Assembly: GCA_964016885.1 (NCBI GenBank)
Contig: OZ024762.1
Coordinates: 23,622,001-23,686,000 of the forward strand
Direction of reading: 5' to 3'
Source: Eledone cirrhosa
Lineage: Eukaryota
Length of the DNA stretch: 64,000 nucleotides
Part shown: positions 61,212 to 64,000 of the stretch, piece after piece
How the letters are laid out: each line of letters begins with the position of its first letter
Position numbering within the stretch: position 1 is the stretch's first letter
Translations under genes and position numbers: made by a program
Notes under the pieces: model-generated
The model's database searches: none
Told to the model about the DNA's origin: nothing
What the model saw: only the letters and a program-made list of their open reading frames with translations

Positions 61212-61564
61212 GTTTTACCCTTCATTGTTCTACTTACCGTTTCGACTTCCTCCCCCTCCCCAGTATCCTCTTTGACCTCACGCCCAGCTGTAGCCGGCAC
61301 TACCAACGCATGAATGGGTCTACTCCACCCCTCTCCCTTTTTCTCCTACCGGTAGGTTTAGCTACCCCTTCCCCCACCAATTTGCCATCACAGATTTACT
61401 ACTAACTTGTGATGTGACCAATCCTGGTGATTATCTCTTTGACTATATATGGAATTACCCCTTGATAAGCTCGGCTATTTAAATACCAGAATAAATTTTC
61501 ATTCAGTCCAGCCAGAATTAGCCGTCGAAACGGCTTGAGCTCAGCCGTCGGGGTCTTACTTGTT

Positions 61565-61567
<3 letters not shown>
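61212..61567 (+). mobile_element. Solo 3' end/pLTR of the Naiad-like PLE family
   Basis: Colinear with 33210-33568; ends TTCCT then (AT)n. Confidence 0.85.
61457..61554 (+). ncRNA. Intact type I hammerhead, U3:A8 core, predicted cleavage after GUC 61549
   Basis: ACCCC-TTGATAA-G..GGCTA...TAGCC..C-GAAA-CGGCT tgagctc AGCCG-TC-GGGGT. Confidence 0.8.
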
Positions 61568-61629
<62 letters not shown>

Positions 61630-61726
61630 TCCGTTCTCGCAACCATCAACATGATTCAACATCAAAGATGAATGAGTTGCATAACGTCGAGTGCTTTGAT
61701 CATATTACATTACGATATATATATAT

Positions 61727-61820
61727 ATAGGAAAAGAGTCAAGGCCCCGACGACTGAGCTCCGGTCGTTTCGACAGCTAGATCCTATTACCGAGTAGCTT
61801 GCAACACCTTCTTTGTCATA
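61727..61820. mobile_element. Diverged family B derivative
   Basis: TAGGAAAAGAGTCAAGGCCCCGACGACTGAGCTCCGGTCGTTTCGAC inverted arm plus degenerate tail. Confidence 0.6.
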
Positions 61821-62189
61821 TATATACGGACACACGACGGCTTTTTGCAGTTTCCGTCTACAAAATGCTACTGTTAAGGCATTGGTTAAACTGAGAAAGT
61901 CGTAGAGGAAACTAACCCAGGTGACCGCGCAGCATGACTGATTCTGCTGCCACATAGTTACTAAGCGAACTCATTCACCACGCAGCCATGCTTATATATG
62001 TTAACTATTTATAGTGGCAATAAATTATCACATTGCTATAACGGTTAGTCCGGTTTTTGTGAGTAAGATTACTTTCATTAGCAGCATAGTCAATTAATGA
62101 CTTACTAATTAGTGCATGTCGCATCATATATATTATATATATATGTATGTATGTGTGTGTGTGTGTGTGGGTTGTGTGTGTGTGTGTGT

Positions 62190-62290
<101 letters not shown>

Positions 62291-62714
62291 TGTGTGTGTG
62301 TCTGTGTGTGTGTCTGTGTAAAATTAAGAAAATTAACAAAGAGAGGACCAGACATCGAATGGAAACAAAACGAAAAACGAAAAGCAATTTTTTAAGGGGA
62401 AACCTTAAAATTGAAAGACCAATGGAAACATTGTTTCCTTGGTCCGATAGGACAATCAGCTCCTTTGTTCAGCGAGGAGTTGTGACCAACAGATAGTATC
62501 AACAGAAAGACCAGTGGAAACGCTGATTCCTTGGTCCAGTCCGACAATCAACTCCTTTCTTCGGGCAGGATAATGTAGTATTTTTCTTCCTTTTTCTTAC
62601 CGTTTGTTCATAGATAGATAGGTAGAGAGAGAGAGGAGGAGGGGAGACAGACAGACTGACAGACAGACAGACAGGCAGGTAGCTAGCTAATGAGTTAGAC
62701 ACACGGGTAGATAA

Positions 62715-62782
<68 letters not shown>

Positions 62783-62899
62783 ATGAAAACATGTCAATTT
62801 ACCCATCTCTCTCTCTCTCTCTAATCTATGTCAACTTGTTCAACCCTCCACCCTGTCCATTCCTGTTAACCTATCTGTTTACATAATACATGTCACAAT

Positions 62900-64000
62900 T
62901 TTACACTAACTTCTCCCCTCCTCCTTCTTGTTCTTTTTCTTGTTGCTGTTTTTTTTCTCCTCCTTCTTGTTCTTCTTGTTCTTGTTTTTTTTCTCCTGCA
63001 TTTTTTCTTCTTCTCCTTTTTCTTCTTTTTCTTCTTCTACTCCTTCTTCTTCTTCCTCCTCCTTCTCCTCCTCATCCTTCTTCTTCTTCTTCTTCTTCTT
63101 CTTCTTCTTCTTCTTCTTCTTCTTCTTCTTCTTCTCTGTCTACTTCCCTCTCTTCTCTCCCCCTCACTCTTTCTTCCTCTATTTCAACCCTCTCTCCTTC
63201 CTCTCTCTCTCTCTCTCTCTCTGTCTATCTGTCTCTTACCTATTTTTCTCTCTATCTCCTTTCAGTCTCTTCACACCTCTCTCTCCCCTTCCTCTCTCTT
63301 CGTTCTCTCAATTCCTTTCTCCGATTCCTCTGTCTTTTCCTCTCTCTTTCTCTGTCTCCCTTTCTCTCAATCTTCTATCTCTCCCTCTCTCTGTCTCCCA
63401 CTCTCTGTCTCCCACCCTCTTTCTCTCTCACTCTGACTTTCCCTCTCTCTCTCTCTCCCACTCTCTCTCCTCCCTCTCTCTATTCCCTCTACCTCCTCCC
63501 ACACCAAACAACTATAAAAGGCTCCTGACACGATTAGTTTACATACAATGTCCTTTTGCTGTCGTCAATCTACCTGACTATCACCCAGGGGCTAGGGCTG
63601 GCTTAAGTTTGTAAAGAGAGCAGGAGACCCCAGGCTGAACATTTCATGGGATGGTGGTGGAGGTGGAGATTATGGGCCCTTCCCCGCCTCCAACACGCAT
63701 TTTGTTTAAACTAGCAAAGAAAAAATTATTTCAGGATGAGAAGAGAAAATGAAAGAGTACAAAAACAATGGAGACAGAGAGAGGGGGGGGGTAGAGGGAG
63801 AAAGTGAGGGGGGATAGAGGGAGAGGGAGAGAGAAGAGGGATAGATGGAGAAAGAGACGTAGAGAGAGAAAGAGAGAGAGGGAGAGAGAAGAGGGATAGA
63901 GGGAGAAAGAGACGTAGAGAGAGAAAGAGAGAGAGGGAGAGAGAAGAGGGATAGAGGGAGAAAGAGACGTAGAGAGAGAAAGAGAGAGAGGGAGAGAGAA
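62900..64000. repeat. CT-rich low complexity, then a GA-rich 55-bp repeat at the window end
   Basis: GACGT anchor at 63856, 63911 and 63966. Confidence 0.85.

Overview
Gene-free, repeat-saturated eukaryotic DNA. The repeat inventory resembles a cephalopod/octopus-type invertebrate genome (inference). No host exon is supported, and nearly all ORF-track entries are microsatellite translations. The real coding relics are all retroelements: a 5'-truncated Penelope-like element (RT + GIY-YIG, Naiad-like, 30.7-33.6 kb), a second PLE fragment, an R4/Dong-like RT-RLE element, and RTE, CR1-like and Tx1/L1-like fragments. There are also tRNA-SINEs, a Tigger/pogo-type MITE, an RTE-derived non-autonomous family and several minisatellites. 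The main hidden signal is that many short unique-looking islands between (TA)n tracts carry type I hammerhead ribozyme folds: about 20 motifs from about a dozen unrelated families, folded by eye. Many have covariant U3:A8 cores, 60-130-nt stem II insertions and palindromic loop III, and sit in asymmetric inverted repeats. Two junctions of the long PLE map at or within 2 nt of the predicted ribozyme cleavage site. Different retroelement classes sit in different microsatellites (TA, CATA, GATA).
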